Source: Acidobacteriota bacterium (GTDB lineage Bacteria > Acidobacteriota > Vicinamibacteria > Vicinamibacterales > UBA8438). From it: a stretch of 64,000 bases of DNA. Where the stretch lies: NCBI GenBank assembly GCA_022562495.1, contig JADFPE010000001.1:48946-112945 (forward strand), read 5' to 3'. This document shows positions 54,082 through 62,610 of the stretch, in pieces. The notes beneath the pieces were generated by a model. That model worked only from the letters and a program-made list of their open reading frames with translations, searched no databases and was not told the DNA's origin. Made by a program: the position numbers and the translations under genes. The first letter of the stretch is position 1. Each line of letters opens with the position of its first letter.

Positions 54082-54139
54082 GAAGAAGGCAGAAGGCAGA
54101 CTTTTCTTCTGCCTTCTGCCTTCTGCCTTCTGCCTTCCC
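54082..54139. repeat. Heptamer-array hairpin (GAAGGCA/TGCCTTC repeats), terminator-like, between the VWA and ZIP genes
   Basis: GAAGAAGGCAGAAGGCAGA - CTTT - TCTTCTGCCTTCTGCCTTCTGCCTTCTGCCTTCCC. The left arm is complementary to the right arm, and the right arm carries two extra heptamers. Confidence 0.85.
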
Positions 54140-54169
54140 GATGATCCCGCCTCTGCTATCATCCCGCGC

Positions 54170-54898
54170 GTGGAGCTGCTTGCCGCGGTCGGTCTGAGCT
54201 TGGTCGGGAGCGGGGGCGGGGTGCTCATCGCCTCACCGCTGCTGTTACTCCGTCGCCATGTTCGTCTCCAGCTGGTGCCCGGTCTCATCAGCTATGCGGT
54301 AGGCACGCTTCTCGGTGTGGCACTGCTGGCGTTGGTCCCGGAAGCGCTCGAATTGCTGCCGGCGCCGCGGGCATTGGGAGCGCTGCTGGCAGGGATCCTC
54401 GGTTTCTTCATGCTCGAGAAACTGGTCATCTGGCGTCACTGCCACACCGCGGACTGCGACGCCCACGACAGCAGCGCGGCGCTCATCCTGATCGGCGGTA
54501 GTCTGCACAACTTCACCGACGGCGCCATCGTGGGCGCGGCGGTCCTGACGTCGCTGCCCTTGGGCATCACGACCGCCCTCGCCGTGGCGGCTCACCAGAT
54601 CCCACAGGAGGTGGGGGACTACGCGATCCTGCTCGACGCCGGGTACTCGCGCACCCGGGCCTTCGTCATGAACACGCTGTCGGCCTCGACATGCGCGCTC
54701 GGTGCTGTCGCAGTCTACGCGGCGGCCAGCTGGACACCGACCGCGCTGCCCTACGTGCTCGCCTTCGCCGCCGGGAGCTTTCTCTACGTGGCAATGTCCG
54801 ACCTCATCCCCGGGCTTCACCGTAACCCGGTCGACGTGGGCGCCGTCCCTCAGGTCGTGCTGATCGCCGCCGGCATCGGAACGATCGTGCTGTTGTGA
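54170..54898 (+). CDS. ZIP-family divalent metal transporter (ZupT-like)
   Basis: HNFTDGAIVGAA and HQIPQEVGDYAILL metal-binding motifs. Multiple TM helices. Confidence 0.9.
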   Translation: MELLAAVGLSLVGSGGGVLIASPLLLLRRHVRLQLVPGLISYAVGTLLGVALLALVPEALELLPAPRALGALLAGILGFFMLEKLVIWRHCHTADCDAHDSSAALILIGGSLHNFTDGAIVGAAVLTSLPLGITTALAVAAHQIPQEVGDYAILLDAGYSRTRAFVMNTLSASTCALGAVAVYAAASWTPTALPYVLAFAAGSFLYVAMSDLIPGLHRNPVDVGAVPQVVLIAAGIGTIVLL

Positions 54899-54907
54899 CG
54901 ACGTGAC

Positions 54908-54932
54908 GGCCTTTGGGCTTTGGGCTTTGGGA
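54908..54932 (+). repeat. Short tandem heptamer (GGCTTTG)x3 of a different sequence
   Basis: GGCCTTTGGGCTTTGGGCTTTGGGA begins 10 nt downstream of the ZIP gene stop. Confidence 0.7.
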
Positions 54933-55140
54933 CAAGACACGACAAGGGCCGCCCTTCCGTTTACGAAGCGTGGCCCGCTTTTTCGTGCGTCAGCGAGCGC
55001 CTACAGCCCATAGCCGTAGGGCGGTCCGGCTGGGCTTGGGGCGCTTCGGGTGCTCCCGCTCCCTGCTTGGACAAGGTCTGAGTGAGGGCCACGGGCACTC
55101 GGTTGACCGCTAGGACGCTCTCTCGTTGTCCTCTTCAGGT

Positions 55141-55164
55141 GACAATTCAGCCGTCCTAATTGTC
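55141..55164. promoter_or_regulatory. Inverted repeat, candidate enhancer-binding-protein site (UAS)
   Basis: GACAATT-N10-AATTGTC is a perfect 7-bp inverted repeat. It lies 57-80 nt upstream of the sigma-54 -24 element. Confidence 0.35.
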
Positions 55165-55220
55165 TGATGTAAATCTCTCAAATAGCTGATTTAAAGGGCG
55201 TTACAAGAATTTAACGCCTC

Positions 55221-55236
55221 TGGCACAGCCGTTGCT
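55221..55236 (+). promoter_or_regulatory. Sigma-54 (-24/-12) promoter upstream of the BON-domain gene
   Basis: TGGCACAGCCGTTGCT matches TGGCAC-N5-TTGCW with correct GG-to-GC spacing. It lies about 85 nt upstream of ATG 55320 in an AT-rich intergenic region. Confidence 0.65.
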
Positions 55237-55319
55237 CAATACATCGTCGAGGTCTGACGGTCGTGGCGAGGCACGGGGCCTCATTGCCACCGGGGACCAA
55301 GTGAACATGGAGGTGTCAG

Positions 55320-55871
55320 ATGATGGTGCGTGCAACGGCGATACTCTTCGTCCTCGCCCTCGGGTCAACTCTTGTGTTCGCCGAGCCCGAGCGGAAGAAG
55401 CTGCAGGTCTTCGAAGACATCCAGAAACAGGTGAACCGGTACTCCTACTTCACGATTTTCGATGACGTCAACGTCGCCATCGACGAGCACGGCGTGGTCG
55501 CGTTGACCGGCCATGTCACCAGTCCGCACACGAGCAAGGAGATCGCGAAGCGGGTCGCCGACGTCGACGGCGTCAACGGGGTCGACAACGCCCTCACGGT
55601 GCTTCCGGTCTCGCGGTTCGACGACCAGCTCCGGTACGGCATCGCCCGAGCGATTTACGGCAACTCGAACTTCTGGCGTTACGGGGCCGGTGTCTCACCG
55701 AGCATCCATATCGTCGTCGAGCGCGGCCATGTCACGTTGACCGGGGTGGTTGCCAACCAGGTCGACCGCCAGCTGGCGGAGACCCTCGCCCGGCAGTCGC
55801 GGGCCTTCTCGGTGACCAACCGCCTACGAACCAACGAGGAAGCGCGCGGTGAGCTCGAGCTGCTGAACTGA
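55320..55871 (+). CDS. BON-domain protein (OsmY-like), secreted
   Basis: Signal peptide followed by two BON repeats (VALTGHVTSPHTSKEIAKRVADVDGVNGVDNALTV and VTLTGVVANQVDRQLAETLARQ). GGAGGTG lies upstream of the start. Confidence 0.85.
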   Translation: MMVRATAILFVLALGSTLVFAEPERKKLQVFEDIQKQVNRYSYFTIFDDVNVAIDEHGVVALTGHVTSPHTSKEIAKRVADVDGVNGVDNALTVLPVSRFDDQLRYGIARAIYGNSNFWRYGAGVSPSIHIVVERGHVTLTGVVANQVDRQLAETLARQSRAFSVTNRLRTNEEARGELELLN

Positions 55872-55922
55872 TTCCATTCGAAGGGCCCGGACGTCCCCAG
55901 CCTTCCCCCAGCGGCGTCACGA

Positions 55923-55988
55923 GACCAGAGGAGCCCTAGGGGGGCAACCCGGGGGCCCTCCTCTGGTCCGGCGTGGCCCCCACGCCGG
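55923..55988 (+). terminator. Two consecutive GC-rich hairpins downstream of the BON gene
   Basis: GACCAGAGGAG (55923-55933) pairs with CTCCTCTGGTC (55958-55968). CCGGCGTGG-CCC-CCACGCCGG occupies 55968-55988. No U-tract follows. Confidence 0.4.
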
Positions 55989-56052
55989 CCCTCTTGCCCC
56001 TGAGTGGCCCCGGTCAGGGAATACCGCGCGTCTGGCACGGGTCTGCGGTACA

Positions 56053-57879
56053 GTGAAGATGCACCCGATGCCGATACCACGGATCGTCGTAGCGGTCGGC
56101 TTCGTCGGTCTGCTCGGAACCGGAATCCCGAGTCCACCGGCGGCATTCGGCCAGACGCGCGACGGCGCGGGTCAGCCGTTCGGCCAACCAGCTCGTGACA
56201 CCTCGGCACTCGACCCGACGACCGGCTTGGCCGCGCTGTCGGGGCGCGTGCTGACCGGCGACACCGGCGCCGTCGTCAAGCGCGCGATGGTGCGTCTCGC
56301 CGACCAGGACACCCGCAACCGCCGGACCGTGCAGACCGACGACAACGGGCGCTACCGGTTCGCCGACCTGCCGGCCGGCCGGTACACGGTGACGGTGAGC
56401 AAGGCGGGGTTCATCACCCTCGCCTACGGTCAGAAACATCCGCGTCAGCCGGCGCTCCCGATTCAGGTCGACGCCGGCCGGCAGCTCCGCAACGTCAACA
56501 TCGCGCTGCCGCGAGGCTCGGTGATCACTGGGCACGTCGTGGACGAAGACGGAGAACCGATGGCGCGCGCCCTGGTGCAGGTGCTGCGGTACGTCTACCG
56601 TCAGGGTCTGCGCCAGATCGAGCCGGCCGGCACCGACCAGACCGATGACCGGGGACAGTACCGCGTGTTCGACCTCGAGCCGGGCGAGTACTTCGTCAGC
56701 GTGACGCAGCCCCGCCGGCGCGGCGGGTTCGGTGGAGGCGGACCGGGTGGGCGCGGCGCGCGCGCGGGACGTGGTGGACGCGGGGGCGGCGGGCTCTTCG
56801 GAGCACCTGACGTCGTCGAGGACCCCGAACCGCTCGGTCTCGCGCCGACGTACTACCCCGGAGTGACCATGCTGCGGGACGCGATCCCGCTCACACTCGG
56901 CCTGAGCCAGGAGATGCGCGAGGTGAACTTCGCCGCACAGCTCGTCCCGATGGCGCGTGTCGGCGGCATGGTCTTTGGCCCTGACGGATCACCGGCCCGC
57001 GGGACGCAGGTGTTGCTGACCTCGGCGGAGGTCATGGGACGCACGCCGGGCTCCACGTTGGCCGGACGCGTCGACCGGGTCGGCTACTTCGAAGTGACCA
57101 ACGTACCACCCGGACGTTACCTGGTCCAAGCGCGAGAGGGACGCGGCCGGAGAGACGGCGCGCAGGTCTTCGCGAGCCAGGAGATTACGGTCAACGGGCA
57201 GGACATCTCCGACCTGACGATGATGCTGCGGCACGGCGCCGTGATCCGCGGCACGCTCACCTTTGACGCCACCCAGATGCCGGACCCGTCCGACCTCGAG
57301 CGGTTGCGGGTCACCACGAGCCCACTCAACCCGACGCCGTTCGAGCAACGCGGGGGGGCGGATGCGGGCGTCGAGGTGGACGGCAGTTTCGTCCTGAGCG
57401 ACATCGGTGGCGGCCCGCGCCTGATCCGGATGAATCGGTTGCCGGATGGACTGCAGCTCAAGGCCGTGTATGTCGAAGGACGGGACGTCATCGACACCCC
57501 GCGGGATTTCGCCGCCGGGCAGACCCTCTCGGGAGTCACGCTGGTGCTCACCGACCAGATCACCGAGCTGGCCGGCATGGTGCACGACCACCGGGGCGAT
57601 GCGGTGACCGAGTTCACCGTCATTGCGTTTCCCACCGACGAGCGGCTCTGGCAACCGCAGTCCAGATACATCATGGCGTCGCGGCCGGACCAGAACGCCC
57701 AGTATCGGATGCGTGGGCTGCCGCCGGGCGACTATCTCCTGTCGGTGGTCGAGGTCGTCCAGCAGGGCGAATGGTTCGACCCGCGCTTTCTCGACGACTT
57801 GCGACGACGCGCGGCGCATGTGACCCTCCGAGATGGCGAACACAAGTCGGTGAACCTCGGCCTCGAAGCGCCGCAGTAG
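56053..57879 (+). CDS. Secreted protein with multiple CarboxypepD_reg-like repeats
   Basis: Signal peptide. Repeated motif GRVLTGDTG..DDNGRYRFADLPAGRYTVTVSKAGF and later similar units. A Gly/Arg-rich linker. Confidence 0.75.
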   Translation: MKMHPMPIPRIVVAVGFVGLLGTGIPSPPAAFGQTRDGAGQPFGQPARDTSALDPTTGLAALSGRVLTGDTGAVVKRAMVRLADQDTRNRRTVQTDDNGRYRFADLPAGRYTVTVSKAGFITLAYGQKHPRQPALPIQVDAGRQLRNVNIALPRGSVITGHVVDEDGEPMARALVQVLRYVYRQGLRQIEPAGTDQTDDRGQYRVFDLEPGEYFVSVTQPRRRGGFGGGGPGGRGARAGRGGRGGGGLFGAPDVVEDPEPLGLAPTYYPGVTMLRDAIPLTLGLSQEMREVNFAAQLVPMARVGGMVFGPDGSPARGTQVLLTSAEVMGRTPGSTLAGRVDRVGYFEVTNVPPGRYLVQAREGRGRRDGAQVFASQEITVNGQDISDLTMMLRHGAVIRGTLTFDATQMPDPSDLERLRVTTSPLNPTPFEQRGGADAGVEVDGSFVLSDIGGGPRLIRMNRLPDGLQLKAVYVEGRDVIDTPRDFAAGQTLSGVTLVLTDQITELAGMVHDHRGDAVTEFTVIAFPTDERLWQPQSRYIMASRPDQNAQYRMRGLPPGDYLLSVVEVVQQGEWFDPRFLDDLRRRAAHVTLRDGEHKSVNLGLEAPQ

Positions 57880-57992
57880 GGGCTCCAGGAACAACCTCCC
57901 GGCTGTGGGCTCCGGGCCTCGGGCGCTCGGCTGCAGCGGCCCTCGATCTCCGGTCCCCGGTCTCCGATATATACTGGCGGTCCTTCCCGACC

Positions 57993-60674
57993 ATGCCCTC
58001 CACACCCCGCCTCTTCCTGATCGACGGCAGCAACCAGATGTATCGCGCCTATCACGCGATCCACGGACTGACCGGGCCGGACGGTAAATCGACCAACGCG
58101 GTCTACGGCTTCATCGCGATGTTGCGGAAGCTGATCAGCGACCAGCAACCGGACCTGGTGGCCGCCGCGTTCGATCTGAAGGGACCGACCTTCCGCCACG
58201 AGCTCGCCGCCGACTACAAGGCGACCCGGCGTCCGATGCCTGACGACCTCGTGGAGCAGGTCCCCTGGGTGCACGAGGCCTGCGCGGCCCTGGGTGTCCC
58301 GGTCGTGACCCACGAGGGGTTCGAGGCCGACGATGTGATCGGCACGCTGGCCACGCGGGCGGTTGCCGCCGGTGTCGACGTGGTCGTGGTCACCGGGGAC
58401 AAAGACTTCTTCCAGCTCGTCGGTGACCGGATACAGGTGTTCAATCCTCGGGATGAGGGCACGTGGTTCGACGGCGCCGGGGTGCTCGAGAAGTTCGGGG
58501 TGCGTCCCGACCAAGTGGTTGACGTCCTCGCGCTGATGGGGGACGCGAGCGACAACGTCAAGGGGGTGCCCGGCATCGGCGCGAAGGGGGCGCGAGAGTT
58601 GCTCTCTGACTTCGGCTCGCTCGACCGGCTGCTCGCACACGCCGACGAACTGCCGAACAAGAAGCATCGCACCGCACTGACCGAGCATGCCGACGACGCC
58701 CGCCGCAGCCGCGAGCTCGTGCGTATCTGCACGGACGTGCCGGTACCCTACGATCCGGAACGGTTCCGCTATCAGGGCGCCGACCGGAGGCGCTGCTTCA
58801 CGCTCTTCTCCGAGCTCGGGTTCAGGTCACTGCTGAGCGAGTTCGCGCCAAGCGCCGACAGCGTCGAGACTGACTACCGGCTCGTCACCGAGGTCGCCGA
58901 GCTCGAGGCGCTCGCCGCCTCGCTACGCGAGGCCGGCCGCTGCGGGTTGCACGTGCTGACGGTGTCCGGCCCGCCCACCCGCGACGGCCTCGTCGGCCTG
59001 GCCTTCTCGACCGCCGCGCGCTCCGCCAGCTACGTGCCGCTGGCACGAAACGAGCTGGACCTGAGCGGCAGCCTGGACGGCCGGATCATCTTTGGAACAC
59101 TGGGACCGATTCTCGAAGACCCGCAGGTGCGCAAGATCGGGCATGACCTCAAGCGGGACATGCTGTGGCTCGCCGCACATGACGTACGCCTGGAGGGGCT
59201 CGAGCTCGACACGATGATTGCGAGCTATCTCCTCAACCCCGATGCGACCCGGGAGGCACCGCCCCTCGAAACCGTGGCACTCGAGCACACCGGCTACCAG
59301 GCGCTGAGGGCCGAGACGGTGCGTGGCAAGGGTGCGAAGGCGCCCGACTTCGACCAGCTGCCGCCGGACGCGGTGCTGGCCTATGCCTGTGAGCGGGCAG
59401 ACCTGCCGTTGCAAGCGGCCGATCCGCTGAGGGCGCGCCTGGACGAGGAGCGCCTGGCAGAGCTCTGCCGCGAGCTGGAACAGCCGCTGATCCCGCTGCT
59501 GGCCGACATCGAACGTGCCGGCATCCAGGTCGCCACCGACGCGCTCGCCGCACTGTCTCGACGGATGGACGCCGAGCTGAGCGAGCTGCAGTCGCAGATC
59601 TTCAGCCTGGCAGGTGAGGCGTTCAACATCAACTCGCCCCGACAGCTGTCGGTCATTCTCTTCGAGAAGCTGGCGCTACCCACACGGAAGAAGACCGGGA
59701 AGACCCGCGCCGCGTCCACCGCGGCGGCCGTGCTCGAGGAACTGGCAGCGCATCATGCCCTGCCACGTCTGGTGATCGAGTGGCGAGCGGTCCAGAAACT
59801 CAAGGGCACCTATGTCGACGCCTTGCCCCGGCTGGTCCGGCCGGACACGGGCCGTGTGCACACCTCCTTCAACCAGGCGGTCGCGGCAACCGGGCGCCTG
59901 AGTAGCAGCGACCCGAACCTGCAGAACATCCCGATCCGGACACCGCTCGGCCAAGAGATTCGACGCGCGTTCGTCGCGCGCGACGGACACGTGCTGATCT
60001 CCGCCGACTACTCGCAGATCGAGCTCCGCGTGCTGGCGCATCTCTCGGCGGACGCCGCCCTCATCGAGGCGTTCGTCCGCGGCGAGGACATTCACGACCA
60101 GACGGCGCGCCACGTGTTCGGGACCGAGAGCGGGCTCGACCCGCACGAGCTCCGTCGCCGGGCCAAGATCATCAACTACGCCCTGATCTACGGCAAGACG
60201 GCGTTCACGCTGTCTCGGGACATCGGCGTGACGCCGCGGGCCGCGCAGGCGTTCATCGACGCCTATTTCGATGGCTACCCCGAGGTGCGGGGGTACCTGG
60301 ATGGGGTGGTCGACGAGGCGCGCGAGAGCGGCGAGGTCCGGACGATGTTCGGGCGGCGCCGGCTGGTACCGGAGCTGCGCAGCCGCAACGGCCAGATCCG
60401 CGCGGCCGCCGAGCGGATGACCGTCAACATGCCGATCCAAGGCACCGCCGCCGACATCCTGAAGCGGGCGATGATCGATCTCGCCGGTGCCCTGCCGCCG
60501 TCCGCCCCGATGATCCTCACGGTGCACGACGAGTTGCTGATCGAGGCGCCTCGGGACGAGGCGGACACGGTGGCCGCGCTGGTGCGCGACCGGATGGAAC
60601 GGGCCGCCGAGCTCGCGGTGCCGCTGACAGTCGATGTCGGGATCGGCGAGAACTGGATGGCCGCCAAGGAGTGA
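57993..60674 (+). CDS. polA: DNA polymerase I
   Basis: 5-prime nuclease N-terminus LFLIDGSNQMYRAYHA. Polymerase motif A DYSQIELRVLAH, motif B RRRAKIINYALIYG, motif C VHDELLIE. Start set at ATG 57993. Confidence 0.95.
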   Translation: MPSTPRLFLIDGSNQMYRAYHAIHGLTGPDGKSTNAVYGFIAMLRKLISDQQPDLVAAAFDLKGPTFRHELAADYKATRRPMPDDLVEQVPWVHEACAALGVPVVTHEGFEADDVIGTLATRAVAAGVDVVVVTGDKDFFQLVGDRIQVFNPRDEGTWFDGAGVLEKFGVRPDQVVDVLALMGDASDNVKGVPGIGAKGARELLSDFGSLDRLLAHADELPNKKHRTALTEHADDARRSRELVRICTDVPVPYDPERFRYQGADRRRCFTLFSELGFRSLLSEFAPSADSVETDYRLVTEVAELEALAASLREAGRCGLHVLTVSGPPTRDGLVGLAFSTAARSASYVPLARNELDLSGSLDGRIIFGTLGPILEDPQVRKIGHDLKRDMLWLAAHDVRLEGLELDTMIASYLLNPDATREAPPLETVALEHTGYQALRAETVRGKGAKAPDFDQLPPDAVLAYACERADLPLQAADPLRARLDEERLAELCRELEQPLIPLLADIERAGIQVATDALAALSRRMDAELSELQSQIFSLAGEAFNINSPRQLSVILFEKLALPTRKKTGKTRAASTAAAVLEELAAHHALPRLVIEWRAVQKLKGTYVDALPRLVRPDTGRVHTSFNQAVAATGRLSSSDPNLQNIPIRTPLGQEIRRAFVARDGHVLISADYSQIELRVLAHLSADAALIEAFVRGEDIHDQTARHVFGTESGLDPHELRRRAKIINYALIYGKTAFTLSRDIGVTPRAAQAFIDAYFDGYPEVRGYLDGVVDEARESGEVRTMFGRRRLVPELRSRNGQIRAAAERMTVNMPIQGTAADILKRAMIDLAGALPPSAPMILTVHDELLIEAPRDEADTVAALVRDRMERAAELAVPLTVDVGIGENWMAAKE

Positions 60675-60693
60675 CGGGCGTCGCGAGTGGTCG

Positions 60694-60742
60694 TTGACCT
60701 TGCGGCAGGGTAAAATTAGAGTATTACCAGTGTGAGTATTAC
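60694..60742 (+). promoter_or_regulatory. Putative sigma-70 promoter and direct-repeat operator of vapBC
   Basis: TTGACC (60694-60699), a 17-nt spacer, then TAGAGT (60717-60722). GAGTATTAC is repeated at 60719-60727 and 60734-60742. GGAGG lies 7 nt before ATG 60758. Confidence 0.45.
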
Positions 60743-60757
60743 TGTGGAGGCACCATC

Positions 60758-60982
60758 ATGCGGGTCACAGCGAAAGGACAAGTGACGATTCCCCAGCACA
60801 TCCGTGAGGCGCTGGGCTTGCTGCCCGACTCGGAAGTCGAGTTCGAGCTCGAGCGCGACGGGGTCACACTTCGCAAGGCCCGCCATGCCTCGCGGCGTGG
60901 CCAGCGGCTGGTCCAGCGGATGCGCGGAAAGGCGACCGTCCGCATGAGCACGGATGAGATTCTGACGCTGACGCGGGGCTAG
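60758..60982 (+). CDS. vapB: AbrB/SpoVT-fold antitoxin (VapB-like)
   Basis: MRVTAKGQVTIPQHIREALGL swapped-hairpin motif. 74 aa. Ends 2 nt before the PIN gene. Confidence 0.85.
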   Translation: MRVTAKGQVTIPQHIREALGLLPDSEVEFELERDGVTLRKARHASRRGQRLVQRMRGKATVRMSTDEILTLTRG

Positions 60983-60984
60983 CC

Positions 60985-61491
60985 GTGGCACGTGTGCTCG
61001 TCGACAGTAGCGTCATCCTCGATATCGTGACCGACGACCCGGTGTGGGGTGAGTGGTCGATGGACACGCTGGCCCGGTGTGCGGAGACCGGGACGCTCGT
61101 GATCAACCCTATCATCTACGCCGAGGTGTCTGTCGGGTTCACACGGATCGAAGAGGTCGAGGAGGCGCTGCCGTCCGACTACTTCGAGCGCGCCGCGCTG
61201 CCGTGGGAGGCGGCGTTCCTGGCGGGCAAGTGTTTCCTGCGCTACCGGCGCCGGGGCGGCCGAAAACACTCTCCGCTCCCCGATTTTTACATCGGGGCAC
61301 ACGCGGCAGTTTCCGGATTCTCGCTGGCGACGCGCGACCCTCGACGGTATCGCGGATACTTTCCAACGGTCGGTTGCTGTCACCCTGATGATGCCGGTCA
61401 TCGTCGCGAACGGGTGAACAGTGGGCGTCACAGCTTGCTCAGACCTCGAGGCCTCACGACCAACACGTGCTCCTTGTTCGGCACTCGTTGA
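60985..61491 (+). CDS. vapC: PIN-domain ribonuclease toxin (VapC-like) with aberrant extended C-terminus
   Basis: VLVDSSVILD (first acidic residue), YAEV, and LATRDPRRY (distal Asp). The frame then continues about 35 codons past the usual end, into the 3-prime end of the convergent gene. Confidence 0.8.
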   Translation: MARVLVDSSVILDIVTDDPVWGEWSMDTLARCAETGTLVINPIIYAEVSVGFTRIEEVEEALPSDYFERAALPWEAAFLAGKCFLRYRRRGGRKHSPLPDFYIGAHAAVSGFSLATRDPRRYRGYFPTVGCCHPDDAGHRRERVNSGRHSLLRPRGLTTNTCSLFGTR

Positions 61492-62582
61492 TGTGGTTTC
61501 CAGTTCCCGATGTCGATCACACCGCTGTTTCTCAGCCTCAACACCTCCGCTCTGACATCACCCTCCCAGACCAGCGGGAATTCGAGCATCAAGCCCAGCA
61601 CCACTTTGTAGTCAACTCGCTTCTGCCGCTTCAGCAGCTCGATCAAGCGTTCGCGACTCTGAGCCAGATTGTCCTGACGCTCGGCATCGAACGACCGCGG
61701 CCCAGGTTGCAGGTCCCCAGTCGGAAAGAGGGACTCCATCCCTGTGCGGCGTTCGCGCTGGGTCTGCTTTGCGTCGAGTCGCACTCTCTCCTGTTCCTCG
61801 ACGAACTTTTCCTCCACCTTCCGAAACTCCAAGAGACCTTTCAAGTGTCGAGTCCCGTACACGAGGTGGAAATACGACCTGTCTGAGGTCGGCTTCAAGA
61901 TGCGAGTCGAAGTCACGAAGTCGAACCCGCCGATCATCCGCAGCCGCTCACAGTAGAGCGCAACGATCGCAGCCTCGCGCCCGGGACCCTTTTCGAGCAC
62001 CGCTTCCCAGCCGGGGCCTCCGAACAGGTCGTCAAACGACATCTCGGGACTCGGGGTGTCCAGGAACCGATTGATGTGATCGAACATGAAGTTCACCAGG
62101 ACTTCACCCCGATGCCGAAGAATTGGCGCGATGTGCTCGGGTCCGAAGCCGGTCCATCCAGCCGGGTCTATGAACACGAACGAGAAGGCTTTACCGATCA
62201 GCTTGAGGATCTCTGGAATGACCAGTTCGAATTCTGAATGGAGGATCTGGACGTCGATGTCCCCAACACCCTCGGTAGCGCTCCGAAGGGACTCGAACCT
62301 TCCCGCGTCCTTCTCGACGAAGATGCACCGTATGTCCACGCGCCGGCCCCTGGCCTTGAAGATTCCCTCACGAACCTGCCGTAACTTCTCGATCGCGATC
62401 TTGAACGACGTATCTTCGAAGTCCTCCCCTTTGGACTTCCAGGGTCCGGAAAACCCGTCGACATACACGAACTCGTCAGCGAACGAGCCGATGTTGTAGG
62501 CGACTCGTTCGAGGTACTGCTCCAGGAAGAAGTGCTTGAGGTAGGTCTGTTCGCAATCGCGATAATAGGCTGAGGGTTTCAC
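61428..62582 (-). CDS. tcmP: Three-Cys-motif partner protein (TcmP family)
   Basis: YLKHFFLEQYLERVAYNIG, FVYVDGFSGPWKS and FVFIDPAGWTGF match my recollection of the TcmP family, which pairs with Gp37/Gp68 proteins. Start proposed at GTG 62582. The track ORF runs to 62840, overlapping the upstream gene. Confidence 0.7.
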   Translation of the reverse strand: MKPSAYYRDCEQTYLKHFFLEQYLERVAYNIGSFADEFVYVDGFSGPWKSKGEDFEDTSFKIAIEKLRQVREGIFKARGRRVDIRCIFVEKDAGRFESLRSATEGVGDIDVQILHSEFELVIPEILKLIGKAFSFVFIDPAGWTGFGPEHIAPILRHRGEVLVNFMFDHINRFLDTPSPEMSFDDLFGGPGWEAVLEKGPGREAAIVALYCERLRMIGGFDFVTSTRILKPTSDRSYFHLVYGTRHLKGLLEFRKVEEKFVEEQERVRLDAKQTQRERRTGMESLFPTGDLQPGPRSFDAERQDNLAQSRERLIELLKRQKRVDYKVVLGLMLEFPLVWEGDVRAEVLRLRNSGVIDIGNWKPHQRVPNKEHVLVVRPRGLSKL

Positions 62583-62610
62583 CCTGTTGCTCTCTCGGTG
62601 GCCACTGCTG

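Noticed and set aside
56026-56040. TGGCACGGGTCTGCG upstream of the CarboxypepD_reg gene, and TGGCACACATTTTCC at 10268-10282, considered as sigma-54 promoters.
   Set aside because: In the first, the GG-to-GC spacing is one nucleotide short and the site lies only 12 nt before the ORF start. In the second, the -12 element is TTCC rather than TTGC, and the site points toward the 3-prime end of a convergent gene.
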